A DNA stretch of 62,080 bases from a virus (taxonomy: Duplodnaviria; Caudoviricetes), in IMG/VR virus record IMGVR_UViG_3300043568_002015, positions 1-62,080 of that record. One strand, given 5' to 3'. The notes under the pieces are model-generated. The model ran no database searches. It had not been told where the DNA came from and saw nothing but the letters and a program-made list of their open reading frames with translations. Position 1 is the stretch's first letter; each line of letters begins with the position of its first letter. The position numbers were made by a program, and so were the translations under genes. Shown here piece after piece: positions 31,401 to 40,595 of this stretch.

Positions 31401-32322
31401 TGTTGGCAATATACATGGTCTTCTTGCTGTCATGCATTAAAATCTGATGACCACCAGCACTTCTTAAACGTAGTAGTTGATCATTGCCTAATGTATCACC
31501 ATCATCCATGACAAATTGATGGCCACCTTTGCGACGTTTTACAGCGTAATCAGCCTGAGATAATGTTCCAGAGGCCAATTGATTTTGATAGTTGGGATTG
31601 TCAGCTGGGTCGTTACCATCTGGTCGCCCGGGTGTGCTGATACCAAATACATGACTGGGAGTCTCACGTTGACTACTGCTGCTGATTGCCCCACGAGTAC
31701 TATCTCTGTCCAATCCCTGTTTGAATAAAATATTGGCTTGGAATTCATGTATGGGCTTTTCATTTTCATAAAATCCACTGTTAATGGCATTTGGTTGATT
31801 TTCATTGAATTCAGCAACAGGTAGGCTTTGTGGTGGTTGGCTGTTCTTTACTATACTGGGGGCCATGGCTGGACTTGTATTAGCCAACTTATTACCGGCT
31901 GCAATTCCAGGTACCATATAATGACTCAGTGTGGGACTGATACAAGCGAACCAATATCCGCGATTAGGGTCACCATTGACAAATGTACACAAAACTTGGT
32001 TACCCACGTCTGGTGGAACCATCCACATACCGTATGTCTGATTGTTGGTTTCAAAATTATTGTTTGCTGATGCCTGTGGTTGTGTGCTACCAAAATACGG
32101 ACTGGCGTAATTGACCGTTCTCCAAAATACTGCATTATTTTCTGTTGTGTCGTTTTGGCTACCACCAAATTCTGGAATCCAGACTTGCAATCTACCACTA
32201 CGAATGGGATCAACATTGTTTTTAACAATACCAATATACGTGGCAGCATCTAGTCGTCGTCCATCTACTTTGTCTGGATTGGCCCAATTGGGGACTCTCT
32301 TGCCGTTAAATTTATCACTCAT
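28465..32322 (-). CDS. gp5: Baseplate hub/central spike, gp5/VgrG-like, with lysozyme-like, M15 peptidase-like and SGNH domains
   Basis: OB-fold DPIRSGRLQVWIP...PPDVGNQVL; GHQFVMDD beta repeats; GRYQIIPNTL; GKYQ; SAVRT..EQ...H..G.AMD...WGG...D.VHIQL; GDS...GSND...DNVHP. Confidence 0.8.
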   Translation of the reverse strand: MSDKFNGKRVPNWANPDKVDGRRLDAATYIGIVKNNVDPIRSGRLQVWIPEFGGSQNDTTENNAVFWRTVNYASPYFGSTQPQASANNNFETNNQTYGMWMVPPDVGNQVLCTFVNGDPNRGYWFACISPTLSHYMVPGIAAGNKLANTSPAMAPSIVKNSQPPQSLPVAEFNENQPNAINSGFYENEKPIHEFQANILFKQGLDRDSTRGAISSSSQRETPSHVFGISTPGRPDGNDPADNPNYQNQLASGTLSQADYAVKRRKGGHQFVMDDGDTLGNDQLLRLRSAGGHQILMHDSKKTMYIANSEGSVWIELAESGHMHIYTSGGFNLRTEGELNMHAKTIKMQSEGDFNIAAGNGFNVSASSLSLTGINGALLYGGKVNIGSGGSMTLGASQISVGASGAIAVNGSTIDLNNGGGGNSIGPATLQAYSHDDTSYDQKSRLWNAVAKGASSIVGVMPAHEPWARSASTLGAAPEKQVENSICPPMSGTPGANSSGMNYTGGAGPFGDFIANNEAGAAQYNAFNRGDSNTAPRGSGSIGGERLSLVSMSLAEIQTQMASTTPAQRLFATGRYQIIPNTLAPAISALKLDTATKYDEKTQDYIFNNFLCRIARPPIAAYFDNNDQNNASLLQAAAFSTAQCWASIGVPAGMRTAKGATSDGSMSYYGGIGGNKAHSTATQAIESLKAQWKYLRDQKAGGGSANASPATAANTAPVTTSQGTLGSGSGEVVKDGSGNPVKTGEGGTTNAAATDKKDIGITNAAGKSVSGDTCPKEFLTKDTAFNPPGGIGSGKPTLNQNHAKAMHAELGYMESKWDYALIKDPTASEAKAIGPRLGKYQVDAPYLADEKRAYIKSEALEQYKSGTLANDASWTGKDKINSQNSFKEFKSTQDDIQFKEFGLNFDALKANGGIKESDDLCTAAGMLFVAHQMRSADKAKEWRDKGELKDVNGVPGEVYFNHGRYAIDILSAGAAAGGPAGLGGENTSGVNPDDVFIFTTQGSGTRARFDSLNGEFKTQVCLLGKEYKDKTGSKIAVSSAVRTQDEQTVLYETWIAGGGGPNNPTVKGITTPVPKVGTHGDGIAMDSGQMATVVSAVGAAKVAELGLKWGGDWASPDRVHIQLLNAPKPNTTPPANPAASGKGGVVVVGDSIAVGTGASLKQLDSTITVSGLVGASSATILSTYVSAVTGAKIAVVSAGSNDIVASYPTSHTPAAQARLTSTLNQIRSALGAEKCIWILPNFSIASQVVSAFAASNGDATVSFTASGDNVHPANYGTLAAQIKGML

Positions 32323-32335
32323 GAGTTATTGTCTT

Positions 32336-35300
32336 CTAAAATGTAGTTGTCGCTCTTTGTCGTGCATCCACTGCATCTAGTGCGGCGTTTAATTCAGCAT
32401 TTTCGTTGGTGGCGTTGGCCTTGATGGCTGCAATTTGTTTTCCGATATCTTCATTAGCACGGGACAATCTTACCAACTCGTTTCTTGTTGATGTCATAGC
32501 AGCTCTCTGCTCTGTCCGGGACGCAAAGAGTCTTGCCCTTTCGACTTCCAATTGTGCCAATTGGTCCGGATTATTTTCAGCCTGAGATTTTAATTTAAGT
32601 ATTTTATCATATTCTGCCGCCAAGGCTTGCAATTTAGCTAATTGGGGTTGATAATCCGCTTGCAGAGCAGCGTATTGCTTTACTAAATCTCCTGATTGTG
32701 CCACCAATGCATCGAGTTGTGCATTAGCCGCAGTACTCTGGCGCTGTACAGCAGTGGCTGGTGCCGATTGTGGTGCTGTTTGTACTGGCGGTGTCTGTGT
32801 GGCTGGAGCAGGCTGTTGAGTTGTTGCAGCTGGATCAGGCACTGGCTCATTGACCACTGGTGCTGGCTGCGGTGGGGCCGCTGCCTGTGTGGTGGCAGAT
32901 GGTGCCCCGACAATTGGTTCACCAGAGTCATCCGAGTTTTGTTCAATGGTGGCTGTTGGGCCATTTTGAGCCACGTTACGCAATAAGGCCTGATTTGGGT
33001 CAGCACTAGCTTCGTCAGGTAGTGGGAAATCAGGACCACTGGACATTCCGGCATTTTCATAATCATCCACTGTTGCAGCATTGTCACGAACTGCCTCTGT
33101 CAATGGATCTGGGCCTGGCCTGTCTGGTGCACCAGTGAGTTGTGTTCTAGTAAGGTTGCCAGTGGCATCTTTAAGTATTGCAGAATCACCGTTTACCACT
33201 AATTCGTTGCCATCGTCGTCAGTTATTGCAAAAGCCCCAGATGACACCCCATCGCTTGATCCTGCTCCAGCAGTGGCTCTAGGTATGGTTATATCAGTAC
33301 TGGTACTTTCTGGTGTGCCGCCAGATGTTGTTCTAACTGAACCTCCACCACCATTCAATGGACCATTATTCCCAGCAGCAGTTCCACTCACTGGATATGC
33401 CACTGCTACCTGTGCTTTGCTATCGCCTTCCTGCGGTGGTCTAATACATTCTAACATCTGTGTGAATTTTCCCTGACGGAATTCACTTTCCACCGTCAAT
33501 ATTTGATAAAATCCGCTGAAATATACATCTTTCCAGACGCTGTCTTTCCTCAGTAGTCCAGATGTTTCATCAATATCCACTGGAGTTTTAAAGTTGACCT
33601 TGCAATGTATTTCCCCAGTGTCCATGGATATACTACCCAGCTCTCCGCCAAGATATTTTGTACCGCCGGGTATTTTATCTGGGCTCCAGAGAATTTCGTC
33701 CTGTTTAATGAACTGTGGATCACCTAATATTTTTAATTTCAACTGACACATATCGCCCTGCGAACCCTGGTAGATATTCTGTGCGTAATTGGCTGCTCTC
33801 TGTTTTAATATGTCATCGTCAGAGCCGCCAGTAATGCTGGCCATGGTACTGGCCAAATATGTTAGCTGTTGTGGAGACATGGAATAACCTGGCAGATCTT
33901 CCCCTGTTCCACCACCACCAGTGGATGCCGCCGGGTTAGTAACTAATTGAGTTTGCTTGGTACCATCGCCGGTGACTAAACTGGCAAATAATGAATTAAA
34001 TTCTATACTGAAATCAATGACATCTTTATTAAGCCCAGTGTACATAAAATTGTAATCTTTAACTGATCCCTTGGGAGAACTCTTGGCAATACCAGGATAT
34101 CTGGCTTCATAATGTTTATATTTGTTTATATAGAAAGTAATTTTCTTACCGTATACACCCCTTCTTGCATCATACTCTTTTAAATCAATCTTGGTTTTAA
34201 TTTTAAACCAATTGATAGGACCGCCGGCCATTTTTGATGCTGCTGCTGCTGTTTCTGGCATTTTAGCATCCTTAGGCGCTGCTTTAAGTGCGGCACCCAA
34301 TTGTTTTTTTATAAAATCGCTGTTGGTCACCATATTATTAATAACAGTGACCACATTGGTGCCGGCATTGATATTAAAAAATCCCTTGGTGAAATCACCA
34401 CCGATTGGTTTGGGTTTATTGGCAGATCGTGCGTTTGCTGTCATTGCAGCACCAAGTTCGGCATCAGCTATATCTGCTGCTGAAATCGCAACTCTGGCTG
34501 GATTGACTTTAAGTGGTTCTGTTATGGCTGCTGCACTGATATCAGGATCTATCACAAATGCTATTTCATCAGCCACACGTTGAAATCCCAATTTTACATC
34601 GTATTCTTGCCACAGATTAAATGCATTGGTAAAACTACCAGCTTTGACTGTGGCCGGAGGGGCTGCTCCTGCTGGAGTGGCGCCAGTTGATCCAGGACTT
34701 GTTCTGGTTTTGTCGTTTTTGGCTGCCTGCTGTTTGCCTAAACTAAAATCTGTTATATTGTTAACTGTTGTTTGGTCTGCCGCAAATGTCTTACTGGCTG
34801 CTCCAGTAGCAAAATAATCACCCACTGTTCTGGAACTTATTTCAAAGTTTGCTTTGGTCGCGGTTAAACTTTCCAAATGCGCCATCTGACTATATGGCAC
34901 AGCGTCGATTGCGTACTCACTACCTTTGGTGCCAGCTTTGATTTTTATATTGATTATGCGTATGGGTATTAACTTGGTCTGTGCATCTAGTTTAGCATAC
35001 ATACCTTTATCGTCAGCACCAAAGAAATTAATTTCCAACAGATAAGGTATGTCAAGATAATTTGGTATTTTAGCACGAACACTGAGGTCTAGAAGTCTAT
35101 TCACAAATGTCATACCGTACGGTTCGATCAATGTAAAATTTATTTTTAGTGCATTAGTCCCACGCTGTGCAGCAGAAAGACCAATATTGGTGGTTACTTT
35201 GCAATTATCAAAATAAAAGTCGTCAGCAAATGCTTTATCTCTGGGCGGACTCGAGCTGTACCGATTTGCACTACTTATAAGTGTATTGTTAGGTTTGAAT

Positions 35301-36379
35301 TTGGTACCAGGAGACTCCAGTAATCTTTTATAATCTGCAGGAGTTAACATATGTAAACTTAATCCATACGTATAGGACGTATATGCATGTAATGGATTAT
35401 CGGTTGGTTTAAAGACAATTGCTGGAGACGCCGGACCTACTGTGGAAGTCGCATTAGATCTAGGCACAGTGCCTGGGTCTCGAGTTCCACTCATATTCAC
35501 TGCATAACTTGTGCCGTCGTTAGACCAACCTTCCTTGAGTTTAGGGGGATTGTCGGACTCCAAAACTGTACCTGTCCGATCATCTGCTGAATCAGCGTCC
35601 CGAGTTACTCGATCAGATTCAGCAGAAGACAGTGCGTCAGCCTCGATAAAATCACCAGTGCTGGTACCAGTATTTCTACCTGGCTCAACACTGGGTGTGG
35701 TTTCACCCAGGGACGGATTGGCTGCTATAATTCTTGCATATGATGCATTAAAATCAGGATCATCGATGCCCACTGGAGCAGCACCGCGTTCAGCTAGTAG
35801 TTCGTTCCAATTACGCAGCCCTTGTTCTTTTGGTGTTTCTGCAGGGACTACACTGCCCTCAGTGTTGGCCACTGAATCACCAGCTGTGTTGGCGCTGGCT
35901 GATTGTACAGTGGTAGTATTTTGTGCTGCTTGCTCTGCAGAAAAGCTGGCATTGACTGCCGACAATGCGGCAGGGTCGCTGGGTACCAGTGGCTCCAGAT
36001 CTTTATTGATTCTGTCCTCGTTGATCTGGTCCAGCCGATTACGTTGCTCTTGTGTTAGTGTGACTGCATCTGATGCCCGTACGGGTTCAGGATCAAAGAC
36101 CTGATCGGGATTATTTAATTCCAATTGCGCTGATGTCAGAGCTGTCTTGGCTTGATTTAGTTCGATCCCAGCTGCCCTTACTGCATTCTGCTCTCGTTGG
36201 ATCGCTGCTTGTGCATTTAATATTGCTCGTGCATCAGCAACTGGGCGACTTTGCAGATCTGCTAAAACAGCCTGCGACTGGGCCAGACTTGATTGTGCTT
36301 CATTCAGCGTCTGTGTCTTACCACGTACATTGATGCCAGCATTTGTAACTGCCAGTTGATATTCTCGACGGGTGGCCAT
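32336..36379 (-). CDS. Baseplate hub protein, gp27-like, with coiled-coil/low-complexity termini
   Basis: NPLHAY.SYTY, LIEPYG, LKILGDP, FSGFYQILTVESEFRQGKFTQ; lies between gp53 and gp5; ends in TAG. Confidence 0.6.
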   Translation of the reverse strand: MATRREYQLAVTNAGINVRGKTQTLNEAQSSLAQSQAVLADLQSRPVADARAILNAQAAIQREQNAVRAAGIELNQAKTALTSAQLELNNPDQVFDPEPVRASDAVTLTQEQRNRLDQINEDRINKDLEPLVPSDPAALSAVNASFSAEQAAQNTTTVQSASANTAGDSVANTEGSVVPAETPKEQGLRNWNELLAERGAAPVGIDDPDFNASYARIIAANPSLGETTPSVEPGRNTGTSTGDFIEADALSSAESDRVTRDADSADDRTGTVLESDNPPKLKEGWSNDGTSYAVNMSGTRDPGTVPRSNATSTVGPASPAIVFKPTDNPLHAYTSYTYGLSLHMLTPADYKRLLESPGTKFKPNNTLISSANRYSSSPPRDKAFADDFYFDNCKVTTNIGLSAAQRGTNALKINFTLIEPYGMTFVNRLLDLSVRAKIPNYLDIPYLLEINFFGADDKGMYAKLDAQTKLIPIRIINIKIKAGTKGSEYAIDAVPYSQMAHLESLTATKANFEISSRTVGDYFATGAASKTFAADQTTVNNITDFSLGKQQAAKNDKTRTSPGSTGATPAGAAPPATVKAGSFTNAFNLWQEYDVKLGFQRVADEIAFVIDPDISAAAITEPLKVNPARVAISAADIADAELGAAMTANARSANKPKPIGGDFTKGFFNINAGTNVVTVINNMVTNSDFIKKQLGAALKAAPKDAKMPETAAAASKMAGGPINWFKIKTKIDLKEYDARRGVYGKKITFYINKYKHYEARYPGIAKSSPKGSVKDYNFMYTGLNKDVIDFSIEFNSLFASLVTGDGTKQTQLVTNPAASTGGGGTGEDLPGYSMSPQQLTYLASTMASITGGSDDDILKQRAANYAQNIYQGSQGDMCQLKLKILGDPQFIKQDEILWSPDKIPGGTKYLGGELGSISMDTGEIHCKVNFKTPVDIDETSGLLRKDSVWKDVYFSGFYQILTVESEFRQGKFTQMLECIRPPQEGDSKAQVAVAYPVSGTAAGNNGPLNGGGGSVRTTSGGTPESTSTDITIPRATAGAGSSDGVSSGAFAITDDDGNELVVNGDSAILKDATGNLTRTQLTGAPDRPGPDPLTEAVRDNAATVDDYENAGMSSGPDFPLPDEASADPNQALLRNVAQNGPTATIEQNSDDSGEPIVGAPSATTQAAAPPQPAPVVNEPVPDPAATTQQPAPATQTPPVQTAPQSAPATAVQRQSTAANAQLDALVAQSGDLVKQYAALQADYQPQLAKLQALAAEYDKILKLKSQAENNPDQLAQLEVERARLFASRTEQRAAMTSTRNELVRLSRANEDIGKQIAAIKANATNENAELNAALDAVDARQRATTTF

Positions 36380-36382
36380 GGA

Positions 36383-36682
36383 TTAGAGTCCTAAGTCAGA
36401 GACGAGAGTTTCCTTCTTGGGAACATAGATGGTTACTCCTGAACGAAAATCAAATATAGGATCATCTATGCTATTGGGATTGCGGCTGCGAAATACCCAC
36501 CATAGCCCAGCATTGCCGTATAAGTCAAATGCCAACAGATCAGGACGGAACTCGTATACTTTATCAATTACATACAGCACATCATCTGGTTGTTGACTAA
36601 CTGCCGAGTATTCAATGATGTCCAGGAAGTTACCAAACACACCAGTACCGTAATATGGGCTGCTTTTACTATAAGTTGCCAT
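36383..36682 (-). CDS. gp53: Baseplate wedge subunit, gp53-like (LysM-like)
   Basis: RPDLLAFDLYG...LWWVF..RN...DPIFDF..G..IYVP. Confidence 0.8.
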   Translation of the reverse strand: MATYSKSSPYYGTGVFGNFLDIIEYSAVSQQPDDVLYVIDKVYEFRPDLLAFDLYGNAGLWWVFRSRNPNSIDDPIFDFRSGVTIYVPKKETLVSDLGL

Positions 36683-37686
36683 TATAGGAATCCATTAGAT
36701 AGAAGACCACCTTTGCTAAACTTAGCCAACGTAAAGTTGTCGTGAATATTTTTTCTACTGTACACTGGCTGTACTATGACTGATATCTGACTGACTGTGG
36801 GTAATCTGACCGTATTGGTGCCAGCCGAGCTAGGTGTAGTTTTTTTAGATGGTCCCGGGGTGGCACTAGGTACTGGTATTTCCAAATAATCCACCTCAGG
36901 ACCCATGGTATGTGTAAATTGTGTAATCACGCAGTTTACGTCAGGAAAATAATGCTGGCCATACCCATTAAGTTTTACCATGGGCGGTGGGTTACCTGCG
37001 TTGGTGTCTTTACCAAAAAACATCTTGGTTGCACTGCGAAAGAAATATATAGCAGCTAACAGGTATTGGCCTTCAGCAATGTTCTGTACAGTGAAATCGC
37101 CAGTTATAGTAATGGCATTGACGTCTGATCCCTCATAAAAATAACTATTATAGTTACTATGCGTCAATTGTTGTGATTGATATCTGGCATTATACTGAAC
37201 TGATATTTGTGGTATATAGGGGAAAATAACTCCACCAGTACCAGCCAACGGACTTTGGATAGTCCCACCTGCTTGATCTATACCAAACAATTTTGGATCA
37301 GCAAGTGATATACTTACTCTCCAGTCCCTGGCTTTGGCTGATGTAGCTGATGAATTAATGATGGTACTGGGCGAAGTTCCCTGTGATACCTGACTACTTG
37401 CTCCACCGGGCAGTAATTTAGCTGCGCTGAGTCTGGCAGAGCTGGGATTGAACAGATTGATAGCCGCAGTGGTACTGGCAAATACCCCACCAAATATTCC
37501 GCTTAGATTGCTTCCGCCAGTGGATTTTGGTGCGCTAAATGGATCGTTGGACTTGGTGGAATTAGAGCTGGAAAATATCCCATCAAAGAATCCCTGCCCA
37601 TCAGCATTGGTGGTTGAAGTAAATTCACCACCCTCGCCAAGAGTGGTGGTCATAGTAGATCCGTCGTCAAATATCTGTGTAGACAT
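36682..37686 (-). CDS. Baseplate/tail tube initiator-like protein (gp48/gp54-like)
   Basis: GVIFPYIPQI, GNPPP...LNGYG...CVITQF tube-fold motifs; next to gp53. Confidence 0.55.
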   Translation of the reverse strand: MSTQIFDDGSTMTTTLGEGGEFTSTTNADGQGFFDGIFSSSNSTKSNDPFSAPKSTGGSNLSGIFGGVFASTTAAINLFNPSSARLSAAKLLPGGASSQVSQGTSPSTIINSSATSAKARDWRVSISLADPKLFGIDQAGGTIQSPLAGTGGVIFPYIPQISVQYNARYQSQQLTHSNYNSYFYEGSDVNAITITGDFTVQNIAEGQYLLAAIYFFRSATKMFFGKDTNAGNPPPMVKLNGYGQHYFPDVNCVITQFTHTMGPEVDYLEIPVPSATPGPSKKTTPSSAGTNTVRLPTVSQISVIVQPVYSRKNIHDNFTLAKFSKGGLLSNGFL

Positions 37687-37748
37687 AGTAAACCTCTTTC
37701 GTATATTTATGGGTTTAATTATGTACAGTTATTATTTGAATAAATACG

Positions 37749-37777
37749 TTGACTCGCTGTTGTTTTTTTGCTACAAT
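37749..37777 (+). promoter_or_regulatory. Sigma70-like early promoter for the late sigma factor gene
   Basis: TTGACT-17 nt-TACAAT with extended -10 TG. Confidence 0.75.
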
Positions 37778-37798
37778 TGCCCAATCAGGAGAAGTAAA

Positions 37799-38674
37799 AT
37801 TAAACACAATTACCTCAACAACAAAGATATCCTCAAGGAAATCCATAAAAGCAAAGTAAGTTATTGTAGTTACGCAGATCCCAAATATCGAGACTATGAT
37901 ATGATACTACCCGTACTGGGCAAGATCAATAAGAAAAACATCATGGAAGCACGGCGAGCACGTTGCGAACGCCTGGCCAAATTGGCCCTGGAAGAAGCCG
38001 TGTTGCGTGGGGAGAAGCGAAAATTAGACGAATTTGAAGTCAAACTTCGAGACGTTGCTGACACTGATGTAGTATTCCGCATCATGACCTGGGATCATGT
38101 GCCCATTGATGATGCCAAAACCCGCAAAGCACGTATGGCGGCCCTGGAAATTGATGATACTGAAGATCCATTGATCACTGAATATGACGAGGAAGATCTA
38201 ACGCACACCAAATATGTCAAAGTAAACTTTCCTCCGTTTCAACATTGGGTTGTGAACTCTGACGGCGAACCTGTCATGGTGGCCAAAAGTCATTGGAAAG
38301 GTGATCTGGAGACCGGCGTGTTCAGCAAGGACCACGGACAAATGACCAATAAATTGGCACACATGTTCATGAAATTATGTGAACGGTACGCCACCCGTAG
38401 CAACTGGCGTGGGTATACATATAACGATGAAATGCGTAGTCAGGCCCTGTTACAATTGGCACAAATTGGTCTACAGTTTGACGAAGCCAAGTCGGCCAAT
38501 CCGTTCGCCTACTATACAGCAGCCATTACCAATAGCTTCACCCGTGTGCTAAACATTGAAAAGCGTAATCAAAACTTGCGTGACGACATCATGGAGATGA
38601 ACGGATTGACTCCAAGTTATACCAGGCAGGGCATGAGTTCGGGTGGTGGTTACGGTAGCGATGGCGACGAATAA
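37799..38674 (+). CDS. gp55: Late transcription sigma factor, gp55-like; probable ATT start
   Basis: NYLNNKD N-terminus; NWRGYTYNDEM..QAL...FDEAKSANPFAYYT; AGGAG at 37787-37791, 7 nt before ATT. Confidence 0.8.
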   Translation: MKHNYLNNKDILKEIHKSKVSYCSYADPKYRDYDMILPVLGKINKKNIMEARRARCERLAKLALEEAVLRGEKRKLDEFEVKLRDVADTDVVFRIMTWDHVPIDDAKTRKARMAALEIDDTEDPLITEYDEEDLTHTKYVKVNFPPFQHWVVNSDGEPVMVAKSHWKGDLETGVFSKDHGQMTNKLAHMFMKLCERYATRSNWRGYTYNDEMRSQALLQLAQIGLQFDEAKSANPFAYYTAAITNSFTRVLNIEKRNQNLRDDIMEMNGLTPSYTRQGMSSGGGYGSDGDE

Positions 38675-38685
38675 AGCCATAACAT

Positions 38686-38714
38686 TTGATATCAACAACT
38701 CATGCTGTTATACT
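38686..38714 (+). promoter_or_regulatory. Sigma70-like promoter for gp47
   Basis: TTGATA-17 nt-TATACT with TG extension. Confidence 0.6.
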
Positions 38715-38721
38715 AGGATCT

Positions 38722-39738
38722 ATGTCTAATTTATTTAAGAAAGCCGCGATATTTACAGATATCCATTTTGGGCTCAAGTCCAATAGTACACTACATAACG
38801 ATGACTGTCTGAATTTCATCAAGTGGGCCACAGCCAAGGCCCGATCCGAAGGCTGTGAGACCGCTATGTTCCTGGGCGACTGGCACAACAATAGAGCTTC
38901 CATAAATATTGTTACCCTTAACTACAGCCTAAACGCACTAGAGCATCTGAATGACAATTTCGACCATGTTTTCTTTATTCCTGGTAATCACGATCTATAT
39001 TATCGCGATAAGAGGGATGTTCAAAGCGTGGCATGGGCAAAACATCTTAAGAATATTACTATTGTTAACGATTGGTTCACTACTGGAGATGTTACTTTTG
39101 CTCCTTGGCTAGTGGGCGACGATCATCGTCGCATCAAGAAGTTGTCCGGCAAATACATGTTCGGACATTTTGAACTTCCAGGTTACCTGATGAACGCTAT
39201 GGTGGCCATGCCCGAACACGGAGAGCTCAACAGAGACGACTTTGTGGGTTTCGAACATGTATACAGCGGCCACTTCCACAAACGTCAGACCAAAAAGAAC
39301 ATCACGTATCTGGGCAATTGCTTTCCGCATAACTATGCTGATGCTGGTGACGACGATCGTGGGTTGATGATTCTGGAATGGGGCAAGCAGCCGGAATATC
39401 ACAGTTGGCCCGGACAACCCATGTATCGCGTGTTCCAATTGTCTGACGTTCTCAAGCACACTGAAAAAATGTTACAGCCCGGCATGCACCTCAGAGTCAA
39501 CCTGGACATTGACATCAGCTATGAAGAAGCCACATTCATTAAAGAAACGTTTATTGACACCTACAAGTTACGTGAAATCACTCTGATCCCTGCCAAGACC
39601 ACAGATCTTACTGAGTATGAGATTCAGGGCAATATTGAATTTGAATCAGTTGATCAAATTGTTTTCAGCCAATTGCAGACCATCGACAGTAATCAATACA
39701 ATCCCAATCTGTTGTTAGACATCTATAGAAATTTGTGA
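38722..39738 (+). CDS. gp47: Recombination nuclease subunit, gp47/Mre11/SbcD-like
   Basis: Phosphoesterase motifs DIH, GD, GNHD, GHFH; start moved to MSNLFKK. Confidence 0.9.
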   Translation: MSNLFKKAAIFTDIHFGLKSNSTLHNDDCLNFIKWATAKARSEGCETAMFLGDWHNNRASINIVTLNYSLNALEHLNDNFDHVFFIPGNHDLYYRDKRDVQSVAWAKHLKNITIVNDWFTTGDVTFAPWLVGDDHRRIKKLSGKYMFGHFELPGYLMNAMVAMPEHGELNRDDFVGFEHVYSGHFHKRQTKKNITYLGNCFPHNYADAGDDDRGLMILEWGKQPEYHSWPGQPMYRVFQLSDVLKHTEKMLQPGMHLRVNLDIDISYEEATFIKETFIDTYKLREITLIPAKTTDLTEYEIQGNIEFESVDQIVFSQLQTIDSNQYNPNLLLDIYRNL

Positions 39739-40595
39739 TAGACGACCAAATTATTATCATCAGCTACCCGTCTGGAGGGTTCGGAAACTTTATATATCAT
39801 GCATTGAGTGAGTTTTCCAGCAATACATATAAAGTGCCCAATCAGGAGTTTACGTTCTCCCTGGACGGTAATAGTCATGCCACTCGAAAGTATATAACAC
39901 CGTACTTCTTTGATCCTGATGATTATCGTTACGAGCTGCCGGATACTGATAAGCTATGTTTGGTTCTCTGTGATAATGGTATCGTTAACGACAGCTACCT
40001 TCAACTGCGACAAGTATTTCCCACCGCCAGAATCATACGCACCAACATCACCGAATCAATGAGACCAGTGATATATCAGACATGCGTAATCAAAGCACAG
40101 CAACAGGACCTGGTGGGTGTAAATGCCCAGCACATCCATGACAATTGGCAGGATGCTGGCCAGCCTCATGCCGTCAGAGAACATTTTACTCTGCTGTATC
40201 ATGACTGGAAATTTGGTTGGAACCCAACTACAGAATCCAGAGTTGTCAACATCGAGCTAGAGCACTTGATAACACAGCCAGTGGCCTGCTTGCTTGATAT
40301 AATTGGTGCCATTGATGGTCGAGTCACTGATCTCGAACAATTGCAGAAGTTTTGTCAACAATGGCACAGCACTAACAAACAGTACTTCCAAGTCTATTAC
40401 GATTGGTATCGAATTCGAAACAGTCTGACACAAGCAGTGGATTCGGATATCAGCGATATTACCGATTTACACACACAGGGGTATGTTAACTATTGTATAG
40501 AACGTGACTACTGTGTTACAATACCAGTCTATGATTACCGAAACTGGTTTACTTCCACTGATCAAATAAAAGAAATGATACGATGTTTAAAATAA
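39735..40595 (+). CDS. Hypothetical protein, possibly sulfotransferase-like
   Basis: N-terminal IIISYPSGGFGNFI loop; inserted between gp47 and gp46. Confidence 0.5.
   Translation: MIDDQIIIISYPSGGFGNFIYHALSEFSSNTYKVPNQEFTFSLDGNSHATRKYITPYFFDPDDYRYELPDTDKLCLVLCDNGIVNDSYLQLRQVFPTARIIRTNITESMRPVIYQTCVIKAQQQDLVGVNAQHIHDNWQDAGQPHAVREHFTLLYHDWKFGWNPTTESRVVNIELEHLITQPVACLLDIIGAIDGRVTDLEQLQKFCQQWHSTNKQYFQVYYDWYRIRNSLTQAVDSDISDITDLHTQGYVNYCIERDYCVTIPVYDYRNWFTSTDQIKEMIRCLK

Noticed and set aside
7105-36385. In-frame TAA-NNN-ATG gene junctions (7108, 8341, 9625, 24628, 36383) as readthrough fusions
   Set aside because: The stops are TAA, which a CUA tRNA does not read; tight spacing is normal in phage operons.
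37448-37798. N-terminal 117 aa of the predicted 408-aa ORF
   Set aside because: It overlaps the opposite-strand gene and the divergent promoter region; the sigma-like sequence starts at about 37799.
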